Part shown: piece after piece, positions 8,566 through 18,477 of the stretch
Layout of the letters: each line of letters begins with the position of its first letter
How positions within the stretch are numbered: position 1 is the first letter of the stretch
Source: Verrucomicrobiia bacterium
Lineage (GTDB): Bacteria > Verrucomicrobiota > Verrucomicrobiia > Limisphaerales > UBA1319
DNA: 64,000 nt
NCBI GenBank assembly: GCA_963664225.1
Contig: OY760937.1
Span: forward strand, 4,288,001-4,352,000
Direction of reading: 5' to 3'
Position numbers and translations under genes: made by a program
Notes under the pieces: model-generated
Databases searched by the model: none
Seen by the model: only the letters and a program-made list of their open reading frames with translations
What the model was told of the DNA's origin: nothing

Positions 8566-11500
8566 TTATTCCTCCTCGGAAAACAGGTAGGTCAAATCCT
8601 GCTTCGACAGGCTGCGAGCGAAACCTTCCTCGCCCAGCACATCGGCGATGGTCTGGGATTTTTTGTGCTGCAACTCCCAGATTTTTTCCTCAACTGTTCC
8701 CGGCGCGATCAGGCGGTAGGCGATCACGGTTTGAGTCTGGCCAATGCGGTGGGAGCGGTCGATGGCCTGGGCTTCGACGGCTGGATTCCACCAGGGATCG
8801 TAGAGAACCACGTAACTGGCCGAGGTGAGATTGAGGCCGGTTCCGGCCGCTCGCAGACTGAGCAGAAAGACGCCCGCCTGCGAGTCGGACTGAAACGCCT
8901 GCACCACATCCTGGCGCTGTTTGGTGGCGCCGGTCAGCATGTGGGTCGGGATATGGCGCGCCTTGCATTCCTGCTCGAGAAGGTTGAGCATCTGCACGAA
9001 CTGGCTGAAGACCAGGACTTTTTGTCCCTCGGCAAGCAAGGGTTCCAGCAATTCGAAAAGGGTCTCGGTTTTTCCCGAAATGGCGTCGCTGCCGACCAAC
9101 TGGGGATGGCAGCAAATCTGACGCAACCGGGTGAGGGCGGCCAGGACGTGGATTTTGCTTTGGGCCAAACCCTTCTCGGCGACCGTGTTCATGATCTGGT
9201 CGCGGCTGCGGCGCAATTCGGAGAGATAGAGTTTTCGTTGCGCCTCGCCCAGTTCGCAATCGCGCCGTTCTTCGATGCGATCCGGCAGATCGCGCGCGAC
9301 CTGTTTTTTCAAACGCCGCAAAAGCAGCGGGCGCAAGCGGGCGGAAAGTCGGCGGCGATTGATGCGAATCGTCTCTTCCGCAGCGCCGGGCGAGTCGTAT
9401 TTCTGGTTGAAATCCGCCTGGGTGCCAAGATAACCCGGCTGCACAAAATCCATGATGCTCCACAGATCGAGCATTCTGTTCTCTAGCGGCGTGCCGGTGA
9501 GGGCCAGCCGGTAATCACCGCGCAGTTGTTTGACCGATTGGGTCACTTGCGCTGAAGGATTTTTAATGAACTGGGCTTCGTCGAGGATGATCGCGCGGAA
9601 CGCGAATTTCTGGAGGGCGGCCAGGTCGCGCCGCAGGATGGCGTAGTTGGTGACGATGATGTCGTGCTGGGGTATTTGCTGACGCAGATTATGCCGCGCG
9701 GGACCGCTTTGGAGCACCAGGACCTTTAATTCAGGCGCGAAGCGGTTGGATTCCCGTCGCCAATTGTGGAGGACGGAAGCGGGGCAAATGACCAGGGAGG
9801 GCTTATGAATGGCGCCCGGGCGTTGTTTATGCCAGCAGAGCCAGGCCAGGGTTTGCAGGGTCTTGCCCAGACCCATGTCGTCCGCCAGAACGCCGCCCAG
9901 GTTCAACCGGCTCAGGTGGCACAGGAAATCGAAACCCTCCTTCTGGTAAGGACGCAGATCGGCAATGACGCCCTCAGGCAGAGCCACGGGCGCAACGCCG
10001 GAGAAGTGGGTCAGTTGTTTCTTGAGTTTGTCCACTTCGCCCTGATTGGCAAACAGGTTCAAGGCCCCTTCGTCGAGATGCGTGCCATGGACCATGTCCA
10101 CCTTCTGATCTAGGGGGCTAAGACCGTCGATACCCAGGTCGGCCATCGTTTCATGAGCGGCGAGGACGGCCTCCAAATCCAGCTCCACCCAGCCGCTGTC
10201 GGGCAATTCCACAAAGCGGCCTGTCGAGGTGGACAGACGTTCGAGATCTGCTGGGGTGAGCTTCATGCCCTCACGTTCCCATTCCGTGGAAACAGTGAAC
10301 CAATCGATGCCGCTGCCCTGGAGCATGAGGCGTGGGCGCAGTTTATGCGGGGTCAGAAACAGCCGTTGAAAGGCGGGATTTCCGAGATACTCGGCGGCGG
10401 CGGGGCGCTCGGGCCAGGCGGCGGCCAGACTGTTTAGGAACCATTCGTGGGCGTCCCCGGTCCAGAGTCCGGGTTCAGGAGTGAACCAATCCAGTCGGCG
10501 CAACCATTTTACGGCGGGATCCAGACGCGCATCGTCCAGGAACTCGGGTTTTTCCTGAGTGCGAAACTCGCTCGAATTGATCTGCCAATCATGGCCATTC
10601 CATTGCCAGAGGCTCTGGTCGCGATCGCTGCGGGCCATCAAGCGCAGGCGCACCGTGTCCTCTGCCAGCTCAAAAACAAACTGTGGCACGGCCGGATGAG
10701 ACACGCAGACGCGGTTCCAATCCGTGCCATTGGCGCCCTGAAAATGGCGCAGTTGAGCCAGAAACCGGTGACTGAGTTTTTTTACGGAAACGCGCCCTGC
10801 CTCGAGCCATTGGTTTAAAAGTGCGGAAGGAGGGGCGTCGCGCAAAAGGTAAACGGTATTTCCCGAGAGCAACAGGGCCGGAGTTCCCGCAAAGAAACGC
10901 GGTGCGTCCAGGGTCAGAACTTCGCCTGTGGACAAGACCACTTGATGAGTGAAAGCGAGGTCGTCCCCATTTTCGATCAAATCCGGTTTAAGATCCGCAA
11001 TATTACCGCGAAATTCCAAAGGACGGCTGTCCGGCAGCAATTCCAGGCGTTGGGATCCGCCCCAACGGGCGAGCCATTGCAGAAGTTCGATTCCGGAGAG
11101 GCGCAGGGCAGGGGTCCCGGGCTGGGCCGTGGGATGAAGCCGTTCGTGCGGTTGGTGATCGGCGAGCCACTGGATGAAGGTCCAATCGGCCTGGGTAAAC
11201 AGCTCCTGCTCGTGAGTCGAGCGATTGACCAGGTCGGTCAGTTCGGGGACGGTCTTAATCTTCTCGCCGGTTCGGGGACGGAACAGCGAGAAGCGAACGA
11301 CCATTTCGAACAAACCGGACAGCTCGGCGGCAGGTTCCACCGAGCAAAGCACCCGCAATGCGGCCCGTGGCGCATCGAGATGGTTTGGGGCGGGAGGAAA
11401 GAGCCATTGCTCGAGATCGCCGATGAATCGCTGCTCCTGTTCGGCCCGGTCGATTTCCGCCAGGCGATCCATGTTGGCTGCGGGCAGCAATTCGCCGGGT

Positions 11501-11850
11501 AAAGGGCGGCGCGCGCGCAGGAAGAGCAGGGCCAGCGCTTCCAAACGCCCCTGGCCGCGGGCGGCGAGCAATTTGGGCCACCAGTCCGCGCCGTTGAAAT
11601 CCTTGCGAGTCAGGGAGAGCTTGCCGAAATAATCCTCGAGCAGCAGCCATGCGCGCTGCGAATCCTCGCAAGTGGCAAACGCATTGAGCAGGTCCGTTCG
11701 CTCGGCGATTGAGGTTCGCGAATCCGAGAGCTCGCGCCGCAAATCAGCAAGGGCGCCGTACGTTTTATCCAGTACGGAATTTTGAGCATCATATTTGGCT
11801 TGGCCCATCGCCCCTGAACCCTGCCCATTCTTTCGCGCGTACCGTGCCAT
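8566..11850 (-). CDS. SNF2-family helicase/ATPase
   Basis: LRPYQKEG, LADDMGLGKT, ILDEAQFIKN, ALTGTPLEN, LVFSQF, GTGLNLT, DPWWNPAVEAQAIDRSHRIGQ. Start ATG 11850 assumed. Confidence 0.9.
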   Translation of the reverse strand: MARYARKNGQGSGAMGQAKYDAQNSVLDKTYGALADLRRELSDSRTSIAERTDLLNAFATCEDSQRAWLLLEDYFGKLSLTRKDFNGADWWPKLLAARGQGRLEALALLFLRARRPLPGELLPAANMDRLAEIDRAEQEQRFIGDLEQWLFPPAPNHLDAPRAALRVLCSVEPAAELSGLFEMVVRFSLFRPRTGEKIKTVPELTDLVNRSTHEQELFTQADWTFIQWLADHQPHERLHPTAQPGTPALRLSGIELLQWLARWGGSQRLELLPDSRPLEFRGNIADLKPDLIENGDDLAFTHQVVLSTGEVLTLDAPRFFAGTPALLLSGNTVYLLRDAPPSALLNQWLEAGRVSVKKLSHRFLAQLRHFQGANGTDWNRVCVSHPAVPQFVFELAEDTVRLRLMARSDRDQSLWQWNGHDWQINSSEFRTQEKPEFLDDARLDPAVKWLRRLDWFTPEPGLWTGDAHEWFLNSLAAAWPERPAAAEYLGNPAFQRLFLTPHKLRPRLMLQGSGIDWFTVSTEWEREGMKLTPADLERLSTSTGRFVELPDSGWVELDLEAVLAAHETMADLGIDGLSPLDQKVDMVHGTHLDEGALNLFANQGEVDKLKKQLTHFSGVAPVALPEGVIADLRPYQKEGFDFLCHLSRLNLGGVLADDMGLGKTLQTLAWLCWHKQRPGAIHKPSLVICPASVLHNWRRESNRFAPELKVLVLQSGPARHNLRQQIPQHDIIVTNYAILRRDLAALQKFAFRAIILDEAQFIKNPSAQVTQSVKQLRGDYRLALTGTPLENRMLDLWSIMDFVQPGYLGTQADFNQKYDSPGAAEETIRINRRRLSARLRPLLLRRLKKQVARDLPDRIEERRDCELGEAQRKLYLSELRRSRDQIMNTVAEKGLAQSKIHVLAALTRLRQICCHPQLVGSDAISGKTETLFELLEPLLAEGQKVLVFSQFVQMLNLLEQECKARHIPTHMLTGATKQRQDVVQAFQSDSQAGVFLLSLRAAGTGLNLTSASYVVLYDPWWNPAVEAQAIDRSHRIGQTQTVIAYRLIAPGTVEEKIWELQHKKSQTIADVLGEEGFARSLSKQDLTYLFSEEE

Positions 11851-12049
11851 TATAAATCCACACAATGCATTCTTATCATCTCCGCATAAAATGGTCTTTG
11901 GGGTCAATCCGAAAGCAAAAGAAAATGGTTCATCGAGATTCCCATCCTAACGTGGACATGGCGCTTTGGGTCAGGAACGGAATCGACGGAGGCACCTTTG
12001 ATAATATCATAACTATCTTCAATCAAGACAGTTACAAATATTAATGCTT

Positions 12050-14890
12050 TTAAATGGAGGGTGATTGCGAGGCCGGAACCTTTCTAAATCGCCCCAAGGC
12101 CAGAGAGATGGCCCGGCCGAATTCGCAGAAAAGAAACATTCCGGCGAGCATTCCGAGGGTCATGCCCGCGTAAGAAAGAAGGACGGGAGAGATCGTTGTA
12201 GTGCCAATCCAATGCATCAGAACCTGGTTTCCGTAACTCATTCCCAAGATCATGCCAAGACCTGAGAGGATGCCCAGGGGCCAGCGGCCCAAGCGGAGAA
12301 CAGGCTTTTCCGGCGCTGCCAACATGGGGGGAAGGCCGAAAGCAAGCATGCCTAAGTTCATCCATGGCATGTTGGTAAAGCTCATCAGGCTGAATCTGGC
12401 CGTGGCGCAATGGACGCAACCCGCCACTCCCGAGGCAAATCCGCTGTCCGCCCACCAGCCCAAAAGCATGCCCCAATTTCCCAGTCCGAGCATTGCGAAG
12501 GCCATGAAGGCAATGCGCCTCCATTCGGGATTGCGCGCGCGCCAGGCGATGATTCCAACGCCCATCAGAGCAAAAATGAGCAGAGTCAAAACGGCCTCAA
12601 GCCCTTTGATCTGACCGAAATAGATCAGGAACGGGGCTTGCAAGGCCAATAATGCTCCCTGAATGATTTGCCAGCGCGCGTCAGCTTTCAAGGATGCCGA
12701 CACTGCGGCATGGAGTGAATTTGTTCCAGACGATTTCAACGGGGTGGCTTTGGCAAAGGCGGCTGGCACCGCACAGCAATTCACACGCTCGGCTGCACGC
12801 AAGGACCTCCAGGAAACGGTGAAGCTGGAAATCACCATGAGCAATGCGGCGGCCACCGGATGGAGCAGACCGGAGGCGGCGAGAGTCATGCCGAGGAGGT
12901 TGTAGCCTGCGGCAAAGAGAAGGTTGGTTTGGATGGCATCGCGCACCTGTCGTGAAAGGGCCAGAGCCCAGGGGACCACCCGTAAATCGCCACCATAAAG
13001 CAGCGCTCCAGCCCAGGCCGTGGTCACTCCCGCGCCGTGCGCCAGGGCGATTCCGACGGTTGCCGCACGCATGGCGGGTGCGTCATTGATTCCATCGCCC
13101 ACATAGCCGACACGATGCCCGGTCTTTTCCAACGCCGCCACGCGCCGCGCTTTTTCACCGGGCGTCAGACCGGCCTCGATTGCAATGTCGGCGGGCAATG
13201 GGATCGAGCGCGTCGCGCCATCTCCGGTCATCACGGCGCAGTTGATGCCCAGTGGTACCAGCATTGCCATGGCCTCGGCGGCAGTGTCCCGGAGGCGTTC
13301 GCTCACTGCGGCAATGGCACGCAGGCGTCCATCCACCTCCACATGAATCAAACGATCACTTGGCGTTCTGCGGAGTCGGGTCATTAAATCCGCTTCGCCC
13401 TCCAGATGTACCATGAGTTCCCGGCGACCGATGCGCAAATAATGTTCGTCTCCGTGGGTGGATTTGATCCAAGCCTCGATGCCGAGAGCGGGAACGATTT
13501 TGACTTGTTCGACCTGATAGACGAAGGCTGGCTCATGGCCATGGGCTGATTGAAAGGCGCGCGCCACAGGATGCGGGCTGGCCTCCTGCACCGCCTGCAA
13601 CTGATCGAGAACTTTTCGGCGGTCCTCCACCGAACCGACCGCGACCACATCCACCAACGAAAGCCGTTCTTCGCTCAGGGTGCCGGTTTTATCGAACACC
13701 AGGCGATCCACGGTGGCCAGACGCTCCAATTCATCGCCTCCGCGCAACACCAGGCCGCGCGCGGCCATGGCGGCCAGTCCGCTCCAAATGGCCACGGGCG
13801 TCGCCAGACCCATGGCACAGGGACAGGCCACGAGAAGCACGGACATGGCATTGAACAGACCCTGATGCCAGCCCGCCTGCCAGGTCCATCCAACAAATAC
13901 AACCAGGGAAACGGTCAGGGTCAAAGGCAGAAACCAGCGGACCAGTTTATCGGCCTGAGCCTGTAAACGGCAGGGACCTTCCCGCGCGGTGGCCAGGGCT
14001 GCGAGCAGTCCATCCAACCGGCGTTGGTTGCCTGATGCCGTGGCCTCGATGCGCAGTTCTCCATCTTCAGAATAAGAGCCGGCAAACACGTTGTCACCGC
14101 ATCGGCGCACCGCAGGAAAGGGCTCACCGGTCAGCGGCGTCTCACATACGAATGCCTCCCCCTGAACTATCCGACCATCGATGGGAATCGGCTGACCGGC
14201 CAGCACGCGCACCAGATCGCCAAGGCAAATCGAGGCGGCGGGGACTTCCTGCCAGGAACCATCCGGCGCCATTTTCTGACAGGTTTCAAAGGCGCGCTGA
14301 AGCTGACGCGTTTCCGCCAGCGCACGCGCGCGGGATTGCGCTCCGAGGGTTTTGCCCACCGCATAGACTGTGACCAGAACGGCGGCCACTTCGTAATAAA
14401 CGGGGCCGGAGCCGGAGAGGGTGCTGAAAACCGAAGCGCCCAGTGCCCCGACGATTCCAGCAAGAAAGAGCAGTTCGATGGAGATGCGTCGCGCCTGGAT
14501 TTCCTCGATGGCAGAGCGGAACAACGGTCGCCCCAGAATCACCAGAGCCGCCACGCTGGACAGCGCCAATGCACCATGGAGCAAGCCGCGCACGGGTCCG
14601 GTTGGTGGCGCGAGACTCACGGCCAATCCCAGGAGCATTCCCTGGACGGCCAGGGCCGCACCCACGGCGATTTTGAACCACGGCGTTGCATCGGCTGCGG
14701 CTGCGTTCGCAGTGTGATGGGCCGATTCGCCAAGCACTCGGCAGCCGTAGCAACAAAAACGGGGTGCGTTCAGGTCTTTTTGAGAAGAAGCGGACGGGTG
14801 TTTGGGCAGCGGCGCGCCGCAATAGGCACACGTTGACAGTGGCGCTGCGGAGGAGGGGGCGGTCCTGGGTGATTCAGGGTTCTGGCTCAT
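12050..14890 (-). CDS. ccoI: Heavy-metal (Cu) P1B-type ATPase, CcoI/FixI-like, with extra C-terminal membrane domain
   Basis: N-terminal CAYC...CCYGC metal site; LTGEP, ACPCAMGLATP, DKTGTL, HP, GDGINDAP; last gene of the cbb3 cluster. Confidence 0.85.
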   Translation of the reverse strand: MSQNPESPRTAPSSAAPLSTCAYCGAPLPKHPSASSQKDLNAPRFCCYGCRVLGESAHHTANAAAADATPWFKIAVGAALAVQGMLLGLAVSLAPPTGPVRGLLHGALALSSVAALVILGRPLFRSAIEEIQARRISIELLFLAGIVGALGASVFSTLSGSGPVYYEVAAVLVTVYAVGKTLGAQSRARALAETRQLQRAFETCQKMAPDGSWQEVPAASICLGDLVRVLAGQPIPIDGRIVQGEAFVCETPLTGEPFPAVRRCGDNVFAGSYSEDGELRIEATASGNQRRLDGLLAALATAREGPCRLQAQADKLVRWFLPLTLTVSLVVFVGWTWQAGWHQGLFNAMSVLLVACPCAMGLATPVAIWSGLAAMAARGLVLRGGDELERLATVDRLVFDKTGTLSEERLSLVDVVAVGSVEDRRKVLDQLQAVQEASPHPVARAFQSAHGHEPAFVYQVEQVKIVPALGIEAWIKSTHGDEHYLRIGRRELMVHLEGEADLMTRLRRTPSDRLIHVEVDGRLRAIAAVSERLRDTAAEAMAMLVPLGINCAVMTGDGATRSIPLPADIAIEAGLTPGEKARRVAALEKTGHRVGYVGDGINDAPAMRAATVGIALAHGAGVTTAWAGALLYGGDLRVVPWALALSRQVRDAIQTNLLFAAGYNLLGMTLAASGLLHPVAAALLMVISSFTVSWRSLRAAERVNCCAVPAAFAKATPLKSSGTNSLHAAVSASLKADARWQIIQGALLALQAPFLIYFGQIKGLEAVLTLLIFALMGVGIIAWRARNPEWRRIAFMAFAMLGLGNWGMLLGWWADSGFASGVAGCVHCATARFSLMSFTNMPWMNLGMLAFGLPPMLAAPEKPVLRLGRWPLGILSGLGMILGMSYGNQVLMHWIGTTTISPVLLSYAGMTLGMLAGMFLFCEFGRAISLALGRFRKVPASQSPSI

Positions 14891-15557
14891 GCTCAGGAAT
14901 GGCGAGCAATTCAGGGGCGGTCCAGGCGCCGGCGGCCGCGTGGCTCATGGTCTTCTTGCGAATGTTGGCGACCTCATCAGCGGCGACCGGCGCTGCTGTG
15001 TTTCCCCATTCCTTTTGACCGCGCACATACGTGAGCACAGCGGCGATTTGCGTGTCGTTAAGGGCATCGCGCCACGGTACCATGACATTATCGAAATTCA
15101 ATCCCTTCACCGAGATGGGTCCATGCAAGCCATCCAGAACGATGCGGATGATGCGCGCCGTGCCCGGGGTCAGCAGCCATTCCGAGCCAACCAACGGTGG
15201 ATATTGGCCGGGAACGCCCAGTCCGTCGGGTTGGTGGCATTTCACGCAGGTGTTCTCGAAGATGCGTTTGCCCAGGACGTAGGGATCGATGTTTTGGACG
15301 GCGTTGGTGGCGCTGTTGATTCCCAGACTTTCCTCGTTGAAAACGGACGGATCGTAATTGCCGCTATAGCGTTGGACGTAGATGCCGCTGCCAAACAAAA
15401 ACAAGCCCACAAAAGTGAGAATCCAGAGCGACAGCGGACGGTGCACTTCATCGGGCCGCGCATAGTCGCGGGGATCGGATGGGGAGAGGTCGATTTGTCC
15501 CCACGCGCGGCCTTTGTTGGGAGCATTCTCAGGAGATTGTTGCGTGGGCGGATTCAT
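14874..15557 (-). CDS. Membrane-anchored monoheme cytochrome c (occupies the CcoP position)
   Basis: One TM helix, CVKCH, GQYPPLVGSEW, distal Met in VMVPW, IAAVLTYVR. Confidence 0.8.
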   Translation of the reverse strand: MNPPTQQSPENAPNKGRAWGQIDLSPSDPRDYARPDEVHRPLSLWILTFVGLFLFGSGIYVQRYSGNYDPSVFNEESLGINSATNAVQNIDPYVLGKRIFENTCVKCHQPDGLGVPGQYPPLVGSEWLLTPGTARIIRIVLDGLHGPISVKGLNFDNVMVPWRDALNDTQIAAVLTYVRGQKEWGNTAAPVAADEVANIRKKTMSHAAAGAWTAPELLAIPEHEPEP

Positions 15558-16165
15558 TTGGCTTCGGGCAAGGGCGCGTTTGCCTTCAGACTGAGCAGAT
15601 ATTCCACCAATGCCCTGGCATCCGGGCCGGGGACGACTTCATAACCGGGTTTTGGGGCATATTCCGGAGGCAGCTGCAAGGCGTCAGGCGAGCCACGACC
15701 CTTGATGGGGCGTTCGACAAACAAGAATGGCAACGACGGCATGATCGAGCCTTTGGAAGTGATGCGCGGGTCGTAGAGGTGGAGATAATGCCAGTTCGCG
15801 CTGGCCTGTCGGACTCCAATATTGCTGAGGTCCGGTCCGGTGCGCATGGTGCCGAGCATCACCGGTTTGTCATACAAATAATCGCGGGTGACCGTCCGGC
15901 GCTGGCCCCACCCGCGGGCGATGTCCGCGCCGTAACCCTCCCGGCGCACCTGCTGGGTATGGCAATAGACGCAGCCGTTGGCCCGGTAAACGCCCATGCC
16001 CTGTTCCGCCAGTCCGGGTCGGCGTTGTGGATAATACTGGCCGGTTTCCTCGATCTTGAGCGCCTCCTGGCGTCCGAACTGGAGATGGGGAATGAGCACC
16101 AGTCCGCACCAAGAGGATGCAACGGTCAGAAATATTCCCAAAAATAAGAGCGGTCCGTAATTCAT
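15554..16165 (-). CDS. ccoO: cbb3-type cytochrome c oxidase subunit II
   Basis: GCVYCHTQQVR, GTMRTGPDLSNIG, HLYDPR, SIMPS; its ATG at 16165 overlaps the ccoN stop. Confidence 0.9.
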   Translation of the reverse strand: MNYGPLLFLGIFLTVASSWCGLVLIPHLQFGRQEALKIEETGQYYPQRRPGLAEQGMGVYRANGCVYCHTQQVRREGYGADIARGWGQRRTVTRDYLYDKPVMLGTMRTGPDLSNIGVRQASANWHYLHLYDPRITSKGSIMPSLPFLFVERPIKGRGSPDALQLPPEYAPKPGYEVVPGPDARALVEYLLSLKANAPLPEAK

Positions 16166-17646
16166 ACCGTGGCCAGTGCGGGTTGCATGCGAATCGCGCG
16201 CGCGGTTTGAACGGATCGCGCAAGGATCCACAGGAAATTAATTCCAAAGGCAATATGTCCGACAAACAGCATGATGCCCGAGGCAGAGCGGATCATAAGG
16301 TAGGGAACCGTCAGGGAGACGACGCTGTATTTCACCGGATCGACAAATGGAATATCCGGGTTGGTCATTGCGATTCCTTCGAGCACGCCGCCAATGGTCA
16401 GCGGCACAATGTAAAGAGTGATACCCAGAGCGGCCGCCCAGAAATGCAGGCTGATCAAACGCGCCGAGGGCCATTCCACTTTCAAGAGCCGTGGCATGAT
16501 GTAGTAGATTGCGCCAAACATGACCATCGTGAAAAAGGCGTACATGCCCTGGTGCGCGTGCGCGATGGTGGAATGGGTGAAGTGGGTCACTTCACTCACC
16601 GAGCGCAACGCGAGCAGAATTCCGTGCAAACTGGTGATGGTATAGCTCATGCCGCCAAAAACCATGAACCGCAGAACCGGGCTTTCCTTAAGAAGGTGGA
16701 AGCTGCCCCACATCGTGAAGTGATGGTTGATCGCCACCGTCACCACCGGAACGGTCATCATGATGCTGGCCACCACGCTGACCGTGATCAGCCACGCGGG
16801 CATGGGGCCGCCCACCAGGTGATGCATCCCATTCCAATTATAAAACAGGGCCAGTGACCAGAATCCGAGCACGGAGAGCGAGTAATTGTAAACCGGCTTC
16901 CCGATGACCTTGGGAATGAAATAGTAAATGCTCGCCAGACCGATGGGCGTGATCCAAAGCCCCAGCACATTGTGCGCAAACCACCAATTGACGGCCGCCT
17001 GAACCGTTCCGCGCACCGGATCGAGAACCAGAAGGATTTGCGCCGCTGAATAAATCCACGGGAACCAAAATAGAGCGCCGAACAAATACCATTGCGAGAC
17101 GTACAGATGGGGTTCCCTGCGAAAACGAAAAGTGACGATGCCCCATAGCGCAATCAACCCAAACGAAATAAAGAGTAATGGCGTGGCGTATGCGGGTATT
17201 TCGAGCCACTCCATGCCTGAGCTGCCTCCAGCGAAAATGGCGAAAATGCCAACCGCCACCCCGATGTTCCAGAAGACTCCCGCCAGGTTGGCGATCCATC
17301 CATGCATCAGCGGCACCCGGCAGAGACGGGACATCAGCCACAGGGAGACGCCCACGCCCGCCTGTGAGCCAAAGCCATAGACCATGGCGTTCAAATGGAC
17401 CGGACGCACGCGACCAAAAGTCAGCCAGGAGGCGCTTGTGAGAAACTCCGGCGAATGCATTTTCCAGGAGGCGATCAGGGCGAAAATGGATCCGAACATG
17501 AGCCAGAAGAGGCTGGCGGTAAAAAGGAGTAACAAAGTCGGGCGACACGAGGCGTCGATCTCCGCCAGGGTGGCACGGCTGTACTCGGATTCATCGACAT
17601 CGGTGGGTCGCAGGGCGTCGATGATGGAGGGGTTATCAGGCTTCAT
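16162..17646 (-). CDS. ccoN: cbb3-type cytochrome c oxidase subunit I
   Basis: TFGRVRPVHLN, WWFAHNVLGLW, YYFIPK, GMHHL and IAHAH heme/CuB ligands. Confidence 0.92.
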   Translation of the reverse strand: MKPDNPSIIDALRPTDVDESEYSRATLAEIDASCRPTLLLLFTASLFWLMFGSIFALIASWKMHSPEFLTSASWLTFGRVRPVHLNAMVYGFGSQAGVGVSLWLMSRLCRVPLMHGWIANLAGVFWNIGVAVGIFAIFAGGSSGMEWLEIPAYATPLLFISFGLIALWGIVTFRFRREPHLYVSQWYLFGALFWFPWIYSAAQILLVLDPVRGTVQAAVNWWFAHNVLGLWITPIGLASIYYFIPKVIGKPVYNYSLSVLGFWSLALFYNWNGMHHLVGGPMPAWLITVSVVASIMMTVPVVTVAINHHFTMWGSFHLLKESPVLRFMVFGGMSYTITSLHGILLALRSVSEVTHFTHSTIAHAHQGMYAFFTMVMFGAIYYIMPRLLKVEWPSARLISLHFWAAALGITLYIVPLTIGGVLEGIAMTNPDIPFVDPVKYSVVSLTVPYLMIRSASGIMLFVGHIAFGINFLWILARSVQTARAIRMQPALATV

Positions 17647-17648
17647 GA

Positions 17649-17879
17649 TTATGTCCCTTGGGGACCGTCCTCAGAGTCCGGGGTTTGATTGGGCTTCCTA
17701 GTATTGCGTGGGAAATGATCTGTCACCTGGCCGACCGGTTCCTCGTCATCGAAAATGGAGAGGGCGGTTTTTTGCAAATGCGAAAATTCACCATGACGCA
17801 AGGCCCAGCGCAGCGCCAGTAATGCCACAGTCGGCAACACCACCAAGCTGAAAATAAAAAGAATCCAGAGTACGCTCAT
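17649..17879 (-). CDS. ccoS: cbb3 oxidase assembly protein CcoS
   Basis: Single TM helix followed by WALRHGEF..L...ALSIFDDEEP; immediately upstream of ccoN. Confidence 0.8.
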   Translation of the reverse strand: MSVLWILFIFSLVVLPTVALLALRWALRHGEFSHLQKTALSIFDDEEPVGQVTDHFPRNTRKPNQTPDSEDGPQGT

Positions 17880-18024
17880 ATCGTTTCCACGCTTATCCCA
17901 ATTGCGGCAATTCCTCTCGATCAATGCATGGAACACACAGGGCACGCCGTGTTCGTATAACCGCCAAACTGAAGCCTGCGTCAAAACTTTGCTGTGATCG
18001 TTTCATATATTCTCGGGGCTGCTT

Positions 18025-18477
18025 TTATTTCGTTGCGGCCGCCGCATTGGTGGCATTGGTTTTTGGCGCAACGGTAGCGTTGGTCGTTGGCACGGTGCCG
18101 GGCGCGTTGGTCGCTGGAGCATTGGTTGCAGGTACGGGCGGAGCAGCGAAGTCCGCCCTAACGATCATGTTCGAACGTGCCATAGCCGGGTTCTGCCATT
18201 CCTTGATGGTGAGTTCGATGGCCCGGTCAATGGGCAGTCGCACCACGCCTTTGTTTTGGTCGATCCAGCCATAGTTCTCGAGCAGGTCGAGGTTCTGGGC
18301 GCTCAGTTCGGCGAGGTTGCGTTTGCGTTCCGCCCAATGGGCCTCGTCCACCCTGGGAGGAGGTGCGACATGATACATGACCCAGATCAAAGCGGCCAAA
18401 ATCAAGAGCATGCCCCCGGCGGCAATTGCGTTGATGGCCACCTTCACCCGGATGTTTGGCGCGTCGTTCATACTCAC
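18025..18477 (-). CDS. Small membrane-anchored protein following actF (ActG-like)
   Basis: TM helix, LENYGWIDQNKGVVRLPIDRAIEL motif, Thr-Asn-Ala repeat tail; position at the end of the act genes. Confidence 0.6.
   Translation of the reverse strand: MSMNDAPNIRVKVAINAIAAGGMLLILAALIWVMYHVAPPPRVDEAHWAERKRNLAELSAQNLDLLENYGWIDQNKGVVRLPIDRAIELTIKEWQNPAMARSNMIVRADFAAPPVPATNAPATNAPGTVPTTNATVAPKTNATNAAAATK

Noticed and set aside
11997..12036. FNR- or Fur-like box (TTGATAATATCAT) and TAACT...AGTTA inverted repeat upstream of the SNF2 gene
   Set aside because: The spacing does not match TTGAT-N4-ATCAA, and the match is too weak in an AT-rich patch to support a call.
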